Program-made: the position numbers and the translations under genes | In this document: piece by piece, positions 28,393-38,605 of the stretch | Layout of the letters: every line of letters begins with the position of its first letter | Numbering within the stretch: the first letter of the stretch is position 1 | Notes under the pieces: generated by a model | What the model was told of the DNA's origin: nothing | Databases searched by the model: none | Seen by the model: the letters and a program-made list of their open reading frames with translations, nothing else | DNA from: an uncultured Gemmatimonadales bacterium | GTDB lineage: Bacteria; Gemmatimonadota; Gemmatimonadetes; Longimicrobiales; Longimicrobiaceae | Direction: 5' to 3' | Length of the DNA: 64,000 nucleotides | NCBI GenBank assembly: GCA_963716255.1 | Contig: OY970303.1 | Span: forward strand, 3,264,001 to 3,328,000

Positions 28393-29163
28393 TCAGGCCA
28401 TCGTGAGCCCGGCGTCCACGGCGATGGTCTGGCCCGTGACGGCGTTGCTCCAGTCGGAGGCGAAGAACGCCACCGCGCGCGCGAAATCGGCGGGGGTGAC
28501 CACCTCGCGGAGCGGCGACGAGCCGGCGATCAGCTCGAACACCTCCGGCGGGGTGACGCGGCTGGCGTCGGTGACGCTGAGCAGCCCGCCGGCCACCAGG
28601 TTGACGCGGATGCCGTGCGGGCCCAGCTCCGCCGCGAGGTTGCGGGTGAGGCCCAGCAGCGCCGCCTTAGCCGTGGTGTAGTCGTAGTACGTCACCACGG
28701 GGTTGAAAATCAGGTTGGTGGCGATGTTGACGATCTTGCCGAAGCGCTGGGCCTTCATGTACGGGAGCGCCGCCCGCGTGGTGTTGAACACCGCCCGCAC
28801 CGCCCCCTGGAACTGGCGGTCGAAGTCCTCCCACTCCACCGTCTCGATGCGGGTGTACGGCGCGCCGGGATCGAAGCTGTACGCGGGGAGCGCGTTGTTG
28901 ACCACCACATCCACCCGGCCGAAGCGCTCCCCCGTGGCCCGCATCATGGCGTCCACCTCTTCGGGCTGCGTCACGTCGGCACCGTGCGCGAAGGCGTGGC
29001 CGCCCGCCGCCTGGATGGCGAACACCAGCTCCTCGGCCAGCTCCCGGCTGCGGAAGTAGTTGACGCAGACGGACGCGCCCTCGCGGGCCAGCTCCGCGGC
29101 GATGGCGGCGCCCACGCCCCGGCTGGCGCCGGTGACCACCGCGACCCGATTGCCAAGATCCAT
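28393..29163 (-). CDS. Short-chain dehydrogenase/reductase (3-oxoacyl-ACP reductase-like)
   Basis: VTGASRGVG, VNNA, YTTAK. Confidence 0.92.
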   Translation of the reverse strand: MDLGNRVAVVTGASRGVGAAIAAELAREGASVCVNYFRSRELAEELVFAIQAAGGHAFAHGADVTQPEEVDAMMRATGERFGRVDVVVNNALPAYSFDPGAPYTRIETVEWEDFDRQFQGAVRAVFNTTRAALPYMKAQRFGKIVNIATNLIFNPVVTYYDYTTAKAALLGLTRNLAAELGPHGIRVNLVAGGLLSVTDASRVTPPEVFELIAGSSPLREVVTPADFARAVAFFASDWSNAVTGQTIAVDAGLTMA

Positions 29164-29336
29164 GTGCCCTGCCCGGTGAGCGGAAGAAGCGAAGGAGATC
29201 AGACACCGCAGGGCAAGGGGCGGGCCGCGCCCCTTCCGGCGGCCGGACGGCGCGGGCACGGATGGACGGAAGGGGCGGCGCGCGTTTAATTTGGGCCCGG
29301 CACATCTGCCGGACCTCCTCCCGCTGGACGATTCGC

Positions 29337-30320
29337 ATGCCCGCATCCTTCCCGGAGCGCACGCCGCCGCCCGCTCCCGGCGCCATCCCCGAGGAGCGCG
29401 CCCTGGCCGCGCTGCGCCGCGCCGCCCAGCTCCAGGCGGAGGCGGCGGAGCGGATGGACGGGCACTCGCAGGCGCTGGCGGCCCACCGGGGCGAGGCCGA
29501 CGCGGCGGACGGCTTCCAGCGCGCCGACATCGAGGCGGCGGCGGAGGAGGCCGGGATCTCGCCGGAGTATGTCCGCCAGGCGCTGCAGGAGCAGGACACG
29601 CTCGGCGAGCACGCGGCGGCGCTCGCTCCCTGGGTGGACCGCGCGGGGACCCGCATGCTGCGCACCCGGCAGCGGAGCGTGGAGGTCGCGCGGGAGATCG
29701 AGGCGGAGCCGCAGGCGGTGCTGGACGCGATGCAGCGGGTGCTCCCCGCGCAGCCGTACACCATGACGCTGGTGGACTCGCTGGGGGGATCGCCCGTGGA
29801 GGGCGGCGTCCTGGTGTTCCAGCTCCCGCGCGTGTCGATGGGAAGCACTTCACACACGCCGTTCGCGGCCGCCATGACGGCCATCGACCTGCTGCAGCTG
29901 CACGTGACGCTGCACCCCGTGCCGCGGCCGGACCGGATGGCCACGCTGCTCACCCTGCGCGGCGACCTCCGCACGGGGATCCGCCGCAACGTGTGGGCGG
30001 GGCTGGGGGTCTCCGGCGGGGCGGGGGCGCTGGGGGTGCTGATCGGCTCGGTCGTCGTGATCGCGTCCGGCGGCCTGGCGCCGCTGGTGGCCGCGGGCGC
30101 GGCCCTGGGGGCGCTGGGGATGGGCGGCGCGGGGGCGGCGGGGTACGGCGCGGTGTACCGCTACTACCACGGCAAGGCGCTGCGCGAGCTGGAGATGCTG
30201 CTCCGCGTGGTGGACGCCAACGCGCGGACCGGCGGCGCCTTCCGCGCTCCGCCGGCGCCGGGCGGGGACGGGGGATCCGCCGCGGCGGGCGCCATCCCCC
30301 CGATGATCTCCCCGCCGTAG
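29337..30320 (+). CDS. Hypothetical membrane protein
   Basis: IEAAAEEAGISPEYVRQAL N-terminal motif; two C-terminal TM helices. Confidence 0.75.
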   Translation: MPASFPERTPPPAPGAIPEERALAALRRAAQLQAEAAERMDGHSQALAAHRGEADAADGFQRADIEAAAEEAGISPEYVRQALQEQDTLGEHAAALAPWVDRAGTRMLRTRQRSVEVAREIEAEPQAVLDAMQRVLPAQPYTMTLVDSLGGSPVEGGVLVFQLPRVSMGSTSHTPFAAAMTAIDLLQLHVTLHPVPRPDRMATLLTLRGDLRTGIRRNVWAGLGVSGGAGALGVLIGSVVVIASGGLAPLVAAGAALGALGMGGAGAAGYGAVYRYYHGKALRELEMLLRVVDANARTGGAFRAPPAPGGDGGSAAAGAIPPMISPP

Positions 30321-30346
30321 CGTCCGCGCGGCGGCGCATGCGCGAA

Positions 30347-30378
30347 CGGCCCGCTCCCGGACTCCCGGGAGCGGGCCG
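30347..30378. terminator. GC-rich hairpin between convergent genes
   Basis: 14-bp perfect stem CGGCCCGCTCCCGG/CCGGGAGCGGGCCG; no U-tract. Confidence 0.5.
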
Positions 30379-30396
30379 CTGCGTCTCCGGCGGCGG

Positions 30397-30429
30397 AGCC
30401 TGACCCCGGCGTCAGCCGGGGGCACGCCC
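30397..30429 (-). repeat. Partial family A copy (terminal hairpin)
   Basis: AGCCTGACCCCGGCGTCAGCCGGGGGCACGCCC. Confidence 0.8.
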
Positions 30430-30459
30430 AACCCCGCCGTTCAGAGCCGTTCCAGGACC

Positions 30460-30735
30460 TCAGCCCCGCGCCCGCCGCGCCCGCTCGCGGAGCATGTACA
30501 GGTACATTCCCTCCACCTTGTCGCGCGCCCACGGCGTCTTCCGCAGGAACTTGAGGCTGGACGGAATGCTGGGGTCGCTGGTGAAGCAGCGGATGCGGAT
30601 GCGCTGCCCCATGGCCTCCCACCCGAAGTGGTCCACCAGCTCGGTGAGCATGCGCTCCAGCGTGACGCCGTGCAGCGGGTTGCCGGAGTGGTCGTGGGGA
30701 GCCGCGGCGGCGGGCTCGTCGGGCGGGTCGTGCAT
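30460..30735 (-). CDS. VF530/DUF2132 family DNA-binding protein
   Basis: NPLHGVTLE, CF..DPSIPSSLKFLRKTPWARDKVE. Confidence 0.92.
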   Translation of the reverse strand: MHDPPDEPAAAAPHDHSGNPLHGVTLERMLTELVDHFGWEAMGQRIRIRCFTSDPSIPSSLKFLRKTPWARDKVEGMYLYMLRERARRARG

Positions 30736-30780
30736 GCGTCGTCGCCGGGGGTGGAGGGGTCGGGTGCGGGCCGCCCCGGG

Positions 30781-30879
30781 TCACTGCACGGATGCGGCCA
30801 TCTCCACGCGGTTGCGGCCGGCTTCCCTGGTCCGGTACAGGGTGTCGTCGGCACGCTTGAGCGTGGCCGCGAAGCCGGC
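30781..30879 (-). pseudogene. C-terminal remnant of a GGDEF domain
   Basis: Minus-strand translation AGFAATLKRADDTLYRTREAGRNRVEMAASVQ*; no upstream part. Confidence 0.65.
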
Positions 30880-30897
30880 GGACGCCAGCGCGACACC

Positions 30898-31027
30898 CGC
30901 GTGAGGGATTTCGGCCCAAAGGGGCGAGACCGCGCGGCTGTTTGCGCGGGCTCGACTCCGTTACGCACGGTTGTTTCGTGCGTTACGGAGCCGAAGCCCG
31001 ACCCCGGCGCCAGCCGGGGGCACGCCC
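30898..31027 (-). repeat. Structured repeat family A copy
   Basis: Variable stem ACGCACG/CGTGCGT. Confidence 0.95.
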
Positions 31028-31056
31028 GAACCCTGCTGTCCAGGCCTGGCCCGTCC

Positions 31057-32195
31057 TCACTCCCGCAGCCGGTACTTCACCACCCGGTAGCGGTTGCGGT
31101 CCGCGGCCCACACCTCGTCGCGCTCGGTGAGCGCGATGCCGAAGACCACGCCGGAGCCGAACGCGCCGAGAAGCCGCCCCTCCGGCGAGAAGGCGCGCAC
31201 CCCGCCCCCCATGTCGCTCACGAACACCCTGCCGCGCCCGTCCACCGCGACGTCGGCCGGCGAGCGGAACCCGGTGGGGCTCTCGCCCTCGCCCCCGCCG
31301 CCGAAGCGGTCCACGAACCGCCCGCCGGCGTCCAGGTGGTACACGTCCGCCGACCACTGGTCCAGCACGTACAGGTCGCCCGACCCCGCCACGGCGATGC
31401 GCTTGGGCGAAGCGCGCTCGCCGATCACTTCGTGCGCGTCGATGCTCCTGAGCTTGTCGCCATCGCGGCCCAGGTGGACGATGCCGGAGGGCCAGGTGGT
31501 CGCCCACAGGCTCCCGTCCAGCGCGAGCGCCACGTCGGAGTAGGTGTGGCTGCCGGAGCCGGGCACGGTGCCCAGCGGCTTGCCCGTGGTTCCCTCGTAG
31601 CGCCGGATGCGCCCCGACTGCACCACGTAGACCGTGCCGCGGCGGTCGGCCTCCAGGTCCACCAGCGGCATCTTCGGATCGGCCGTCCACTGGGTGAGGA
31701 AGGCGCCGATGGAGTCGAACACCTGCACCCGGCCGCCGGAGTACTCGGCGACGTACACCCGCCCCGCCCCGTCCACGGCCACGCTGCGGGCGTCGGTGAA
31801 GCGCCCGGCTCCCGGGCCCTGGCTCCCGAAGGCGAGCACGGAGTCGGCGAAGCGCGGCGGCTCGGGCTCGGGCGCCGGTCGGGCGGCGGGCCCGGCGCCG
31901 GGGGGCGTGGGCACGTTGACGTTGTAGGTGACGCCGGCCGGCGCTCCCGGCTGCGCGTGGCGAGCAGCACGCCCAGGCCGATGGCCGCCACGAGCAGCAC
32001 GGCCGCGCAGCCGACGAGAGCGGCCGACGGCCTGTAGGGCTGCGGCCGCGGGCCCGCGGGTACGGCCTCCACCATCCCGTGCCGCTCGGTCAGCAGCACG
32101 GCGGCGCCGCAGTACGGGCAGCTGGCGGTGGTGGCGTGCGTGTCGGGGAGGGTGAGCGGCGCGGAGCAGGCGGGGCACTGGAGGCGTACGGGCAT
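31057..32195 (-). pseudogene. Zinc-ribbon + TM + NHL beta-propeller protein, frameshifted near 31935-31955
   Basis: CPAC/CPYC and TM in one frame; NHL repeats (FGSQGPGAGRF, VAVDGAGRVYVAE) in another. Confidence 0.78.
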
Positions 32196-32286
32196 CGGGC
32201 ACCGTCGGCGGGAGGAGCGGGGTGGAGGCCGGGAGGATGTTAGCGCGCGGGGGCGGGCGATTCAACGGCCGCACCGGCCGGGCGGG

Positions 32287-32976
32287 TCACGGGTCGTCCG
32301 ACGTGTTGTCCGAGACGTCCTCCATGAAGAGCCGCGTGTGCGGGATCGTTTCCCGCCGCGTGCTTTCGCGCGCGACGATCCCTTCCCGCACGTGGCCGGT
32401 GGTGGTCAGGCGGACGCCGGTGAGGAAGTTCTCGCTGACGAGCACGGTGTCGTCGCGGTCCAGGGGCCGCGTGTACGTGTAGTGGTCGCGACCGATCAGC
32501 AGGAATCGGCCGGACGACGGGTCGTGGCGGAAGCGGTGCGTCAGGCTGACCACCCACGTCATCCCGTACAGCTGCTCGGCGACGAGCACTCCTCCGCGGA
32601 TCTCCAGCTCCAGCGAGTACTGCGGCGCCGCCGTTTCCAGCAGGTCCGGCGCGACGCCCCCGCGCCGCAGGCTCCCGTCCGCCTGCGCGAGCAGGACCAC
32701 CAGCGCGTGCCCCTCCGGCGCGGCGCTGAAGAGCGGGTCGTCCGGGGTGTCCGCGGCCACCAGGTGCAGCACGGTGTCGGCGCGGCCGTCGCGGTCCAGG
32801 TCGCCCGTCACTCGCGCGGCCTCCCGCCACCCGCGCGGGACGAAGTCCGCGGCGCGCGCTCCCCGGGCGGGCACGTCGGACGGGCGGAGCCGCGGCGCGT
32901 CCTGGGCGCGGGCGCCCGCCGGCGCGCACAGGCACGCCAGGGCGAGCAGCAGCGGGGTCGCGGCGCGGTGTCTCAC
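32287..32976 (-). CDS. Hypothetical exported protein
   Basis: Signal peptide; FVPRGW, GDLDRDGRADTV, FLLIG, SENFLTG. Confidence 0.75.
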   Translation of the reverse strand: MRHRAATPLLLALACLCAPAGARAQDAPRLRPSDVPARGARAADFVPRGWREAARVTGDLDRDGRADTVLHLVAADTPDDPLFSAAPEGHALVVLLAQADGSLRRGGVAPDLLETAAPQYSLELEIRGGVLVAEQLYGMTWVVSLTHRFRHDPSSGRFLLIGRDHYTYTRPLDRDDTVLVSENFLTGVRLTTTGHVREGIVARESTRRETIPHTRLFMEDVSDNTSDDP

Positions 32977-33098
32977 GGCGGGATGCTCCGGTGGGCGGGG
33001 CGCTGAGCGGCGGCGGGGGCGACTCGCCGCACTCGAAGGGATGTCGCGCTTCAACTCGGACGCCTGGGTCTGGCCTCGCATGCGCGTGGGCGGGGACC

Positions 33099-33554
33099 TC
33101 AGGCCTGCACGGTCGGGCGGCCGGGGAAGGAGTACGGCGAGCGGCGATGCTCGCGCTTCGCGTCGACCGACAGGGTGTCCTCGGCACGGTGGGCGGCGAG
33201 GACGAGCGCCGCGGCGAAGATGATGAGCGACGGGAAGAACAGGACGTTGGCGCCCTCCAGGTACCAGCCCCACGGGTCCACGATGGAGCGCCACACCCCG
33301 ATCAGCGTGGTCGCGGTGACGACCGCCAGCGCCGGATAGGCGATGCGGCGGGCGGCGCCGAGGACGATCAGCAGGCCCAGGATGATCTGGAGCACCCCGA
33401 AGGCCTTGAGGAGCGAGGCCGAGCTGAACAGCCCTAAGTAGAAGCCCTCGGAGACGAGCAGGCCGTGCTGCACGTTGACCAGCTTGTCCGCCCCCCAGAG
33501 GAGCATCAGGAGGCCCAGCGAGACGCGCAGTAGCAGGAGAGAAGCCGGTTTCAT
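33099..33554 (-). CDS. DoxX family membrane protein
   Basis: LLLRVSLG, WGADKL, four TM helices, LSVD. Confidence 0.85.
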   Translation of the reverse strand: MKPASLLLLRVSLGLLMLLWGADKLVNVQHGLLVSEGFYLGLFSSASLLKAFGVLQIILGLLIVLGAARRIAYPALAVVTATTLIGVWRSIVDPWGWYLEGANVLFFPSLIIFAAALVLAAHRAEDTLSVDAKREHRRSPYSFPGRPTVQA

Positions 33555-33655
33555 CGGGATCTCCGGGTGAGGGCACGAACGACACCAACCCGCAGGGTGC
33601 TCGTAAGTGGCGGAAAGATCAAGACCAGAGTTGGACCAAGCAAGACGGATTCTGT

Positions 33656-34066
33656 CTACTGCTCGACCGTTTCTTCAAGAAGGCGAAAGATGAAGCGCGA
33701 TGGGCGATCCATATGTTGAGCGACGTTCTCGACGCGGAGTTTGCCACGGTAAGTAAAATCCGTGTGGTGCTTGTCGCGATAGAATAAATGGATCTCGTCA
33801 CCTGGGTTCGTCGCCATCATCCGGCTCTCGGCAAAGTGATCCTTGGGTCCTTCCCAATCAAGCCGATCCCTCTCCAACCTGTTCTCATACTGTTCATAGC
33901 TGTTCTGCTTTTCGTGTGTGACGAACAAGATGATGTAGTTGGCTCCGCGTGGGGTGACAACGCCACGGGAGAGACCTTGATTCCCCTTGTAACCCCAAAG
34001 TGCCGCCAGATCGGTTCGGGAGTAAGTATCGCCTGATCGGATGGGCTTGAATGTGACGTTTGGCAT
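33656..34066 (-). CDS. SRA/PUA-like (DUF3427-like) domain protein in a low-GC islet
   Basis: GDTYSR, LWGY, RGVVTP, IILFVT, YEN, WEG, IHLFYR, FTYRG. Confidence 0.65.
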   Translation of the reverse strand: MPNVTFKPIRSGDTYSRTDLAALWGYKGNQGLSRGVVTPRGANYIILFVTHEKQNSYEQYENRLERDRLDWEGPKDHFAESRMMATNPGDEIHLFYRDKHHTDFTYRGKLRVENVAQHMDRPSRFIFRLLEETVEQ

Positions 34067-34106
34067 AGACGAGGATGCGTGTCCAGGTGTAGACGGCTGA
34101 GTACCT

Positions 34107-34241
34107 CTAAGTCCTCTCGTACCCGGTTGAGCAACGCTTCGGCCCGTTCGCCGGGTTGCCCCACCAGGAGTGCTTAGCCCCTTCGCGCACGAGGATGCAC
34201 CAGTGCGCCGCCAGGTGGGCCAGCAGCGCGCGGCGCTTCAC
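34107..34241 (-). pseudogene. hicA: Truncated HicA toxin
   Basis: GTGA overlap with hicB; MKRRALLAHLAAHWCILVREGAKHSWWGNPANG then unrelated tail and stop at 44 aa. Confidence 0.75.
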
Positions 34242-34465
34242 GCAGCCGGGCTGACCCGGACCTCTTCATACGGGGCGCCCTGTGCCGCAGCCAGAGCATC
34301 CGCGCGGTTCATTTCCAGCGCTTCCTCCAGAGCAGAGCGGAGGTTGTCTAGCAGCTCTTCCCGCGTTGTGCCCTGTGAGTTGACACCGGGCACCTCGTCA
34401 ATCCAGCCGATCCACCACGGGTCGCGCCGCTGGACCACCGCCATGTAACCTGCTTCCATGGTCAT
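34238..34465 (-). CDS. hicB: HicB family antitoxin
   Basis: WWIGWIDEVPGVNSQGTTREELLDNLRSALEEAL. Confidence 0.88.
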   Translation of the reverse strand: MTMEAGYMAVVQRRDPWWIGWIDEVPGVNSQGTTREELLDNLRSALEEALEMNRADALAAAQGAPYEEVRVSPAA

Positions 34466-34536
34466 CCCGGGGTTCGGGTCTCTCGTCTTCACGGTAGCGA
34501 ACCGCCTGCCCGCGCGAAAGCGGGCTGAGTCCTCCG

Positions 34537-34755
34537 CTATGCAACCCGTGCTCGACGCGCACGCATGAACGGCCACAGCACGACGGCGAGCCCGGCGGCC
34601 AGGAAACCGACGCCGATCCAGCCCGACACCGGCTCCGCCACGCCGTCGTCGAAGTAATCGAAGAGGTAGAGCGCGAGCTGGACCCCGGCGAGCACCCCGA
34701 GCAGGTAGATGGACAGGGTGCCCAGGAGAGAATGCTCCGTGCGCTGCCTGAACAT
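34537..34755 (-). CDS. Small 2-TM membrane protein
   Basis: GGAGG RBS; two hydrophobic helices. Confidence 0.7.
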   Translation of the reverse strand: MFRQRTEHSLLGTLSIYLLGVLAGVQLALYLFDYFDDGVAEPVSGWIGVGFLAAGLAVVLWPFMRARRARVA

Positions 34756-34907
34756 GAGCGACCTCCGGTTCGAGTGCCGTGCCGCGACCCGGGGAGCCGT
34801 ACGTGCGGGCGGACGCACGGGTTTCCCGCCGCGGCACGACGAAAACCACACGCAGCGTACGAGGGCGAGCGTCGGTCCGTGCGCCACGCCGCCGCCGACG
34901 GAGCTGG

Positions 34908-36359
34908 TCAGGCGGGCCCCGCCGACTCCACCTCCGCCACGACACCCGCCGCCAGCTCCCGCATCGACTCCCAGAACCCCGCCACGTGCTCCGCGGTGAG
35001 CGCCGGCGACAGCGCCATCCAGCGGATCGCGCGGACGCCGCCGACGACCGTGGTCGAGATCCAGCTGCGCCCGTCGCGCACCACCGCGTCCACCACCCGG
35101 TCCTGGAGCGCCCCGAGCGCGCCCTCCGCCACCTCCGCCGGCCGGTAGCGGAAGCACAGGATGTTGAGGTCCGGCGGCACCACGATCTCCCAGTCGGCGT
35201 CCTCCTCCAGCCGCTCCACCAGCCAGGCGGTGAGCGCCATGTGCCGGTCGATCACCTCCTCGTACCACTCCACCCCCAGCGCCTTCAGCGACACCCACAG
35301 CTTGAGCGCGTCCATGCGCTTGCTCCCCACGATCCCCCAGCGCCGGAAGTCCGTGCGGTCGTCGTCGTCCGTGGGGATGTAGACCGCGTCCGCCGAGAAA
35401 GTGCGCGGCAGCGCCTCCGGGTCGCGGGTGAGCACCGCTCCCGCCGCGATGGGGAGGAAGAACCACTTGTGCGGGTCGAAGGTGATGGAGTCCGCCCGCT
35501 CCACCCCCGCCAGCAGCCCCCGGTGCCGCGCCGACACCAGCGCCCCGCTCCCCCAGGCCGCGTCCACGTGCAGCCACAGCCCCTCCTCCTCCGCCAGGTC
35601 CGCCAGCGGCGCCACCGGGTCGATGGCGCCCGCGCTGGTGGTGCCCGCCGTCGCCACCAGCGCGAAGGGACGCCGGCCCGCCGCCCGGTCCGCGCGGACC
35701 TGCGCGCGGAGCGCGTCCACGTCGATGCGCGAACGGGCGTCCACGGCCGCGGGGCGGAGGCCGGACGTCCCCAGCCCCAGCGTGGTGGCTGCCTTCTTGA
35801 AGGAGTAGTGCGCCTCGGCCGAGACGTAGAAGACCGGCTGCTGGCGGAGCGCCTGGAGCCCGCCCTCCAGCGACTCGGGGAGCCGGTGGGCGACGGCGGC
35901 GCGCAGGGCCACCAGGTTGGCGACGCTGCCGCCGCTGGTGAACGTGCCCGCGGCCCGGGCGGGGTAGCCCACCAGGTCGCAGAGCCAGCGGACCACCCGC
36001 TTCTCCACCGCCGTGCCCGAGGGCGAGTGCGACCAGGCCGCCATGTTCTGGTTGAGCGCGGCCACCACCACCTCGGTGAGCACCGCCGGCATCACCGGCG
36101 TGGGGTTCATCAGCCCGAAGTAGCGCGGGTGGGGGATCCCCAGCGCGGCGGGGACCACCCTGGAGCGCACCTCCGCGAAGGCCGCGTCGAAGCCCAGGCC
36201 GCGGCGGGGGATGGGCTCGTCGAAGAGCGCGTCGCTCCCGGCGGGGGTGATCTCCGGGGTGATGGGGCGCGCCTCCAGGCCGCCGTAGTAGTCGGCGACC
36301 CAGCGGACCACCTGCTCGCCCATGCGCGCGATCTCCTCGGGGGCCCACTGGTCTCGCAT
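34908..36359 (-). CDS. Group II PLP-dependent amino-acid decarboxylase
   Basis: HPRYFG, TSGGS, AHYS, GTT, HVDAAWG, DSITFDPHKW. Confidence 0.93.
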   Translation of the reverse strand: MRDQWAPEEIARMGEQVVRWVADYYGGLEARPITPEITPAGSDALFDEPIPRRGLGFDAAFAEVRSRVVPAALGIPHPRYFGLMNPTPVMPAVLTEVVVAALNQNMAAWSHSPSGTAVEKRVVRWLCDLVGYPARAAGTFTSGGSVANLVALRAAVAHRLPESLEGGLQALRQQPVFYVSAEAHYSFKKAATTLGLGTSGLRPAAVDARSRIDVDALRAQVRADRAAGRRPFALVATAGTTSAGAIDPVAPLADLAEEEGLWLHVDAAWGSGALVSARHRGLLAGVERADSITFDPHKWFFLPIAAGAVLTRDPEALPRTFSADAVYIPTDDDDRTDFRRWGIVGSKRMDALKLWVSLKALGVEWYEEVIDRHMALTAWLVERLEEDADWEIVVPPDLNILCFRYRPAEVAEGALGALQDRVVDAVVRDGRSWISTTVVGGVRAIRWMALSPALTAEHVAGFWESMRELAAGVVAEVESAGPA

Positions 36360-36512
36360 GCGGAACGGTCCTGGCGGGGGTGGATGGACGGACGGGCAAT
36401 GTAACGATTCGCCCGGCGCGCGCGAGCCGGCTCGCGCGCGAGTTGACATCCGGCCGGCGGGCGCCGCACCGTGCGGGGCGGCCGTGCACACGACGCGACA
36501 GGGAGGAACGCG

Positions 36513-38333
<1,821 letters not shown>

Positions 38334-38344
38334 AGGGCGGCCCT

Positions 38345-38460
38345 CACCCGGCTCGCTTGAGGCTCGCCACCCTTTCCCAATTCTGGGAGAGGGTGCCAAC
38401 TGCGGGTCCGGTGTAGTTCTCCCCCTCTCACGCTTGCGGGGGAGGGGGCCGGGGGGAGGG
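38345..38460. repeat. REP-like repeats C and D
   Basis: Family C (38345-38393) followed by a CCCCCTCTC...GGGGAGGGGG hairpin (family D). Confidence 0.8.
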
Positions 38461-38469
38461 GGCCCCCGC

Positions 38470-38517
38470 GGACGCCAGCGCGAAGCCCGACCCCGGCGCC
38501 AGCCGGGGGCACGCCCG
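38470..38517 (-). repeat. Internally deleted family A copy
   Basis: GGACGCCAGCGCG flank joined directly to AAGCCCGACCCCGGCGCCAGCCGGGGGCACGCCC. Confidence 0.85.
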
Positions 38518-38605
38518 AAGCTGGAAGCCGTTGCCGTAGATCCAGCCATTGACGCACCTGCTAGCATAAGCGGACGAGCACACGCGCGACCCGGAGACAA
38601 GGACG

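Noticed and set aside
30441..30968. Recurrent peptides such as VRDFGPKGRD...EPKPDPG as a protein family
   Set aside because: They are translations of the DNA repeat in varying frames and strands without consistent starts
33817..34164. 115-aa ORF overlapping hicA and the SRA-like gene
   Set aside because: No recognisable motif, and it overlaps better-supported frames
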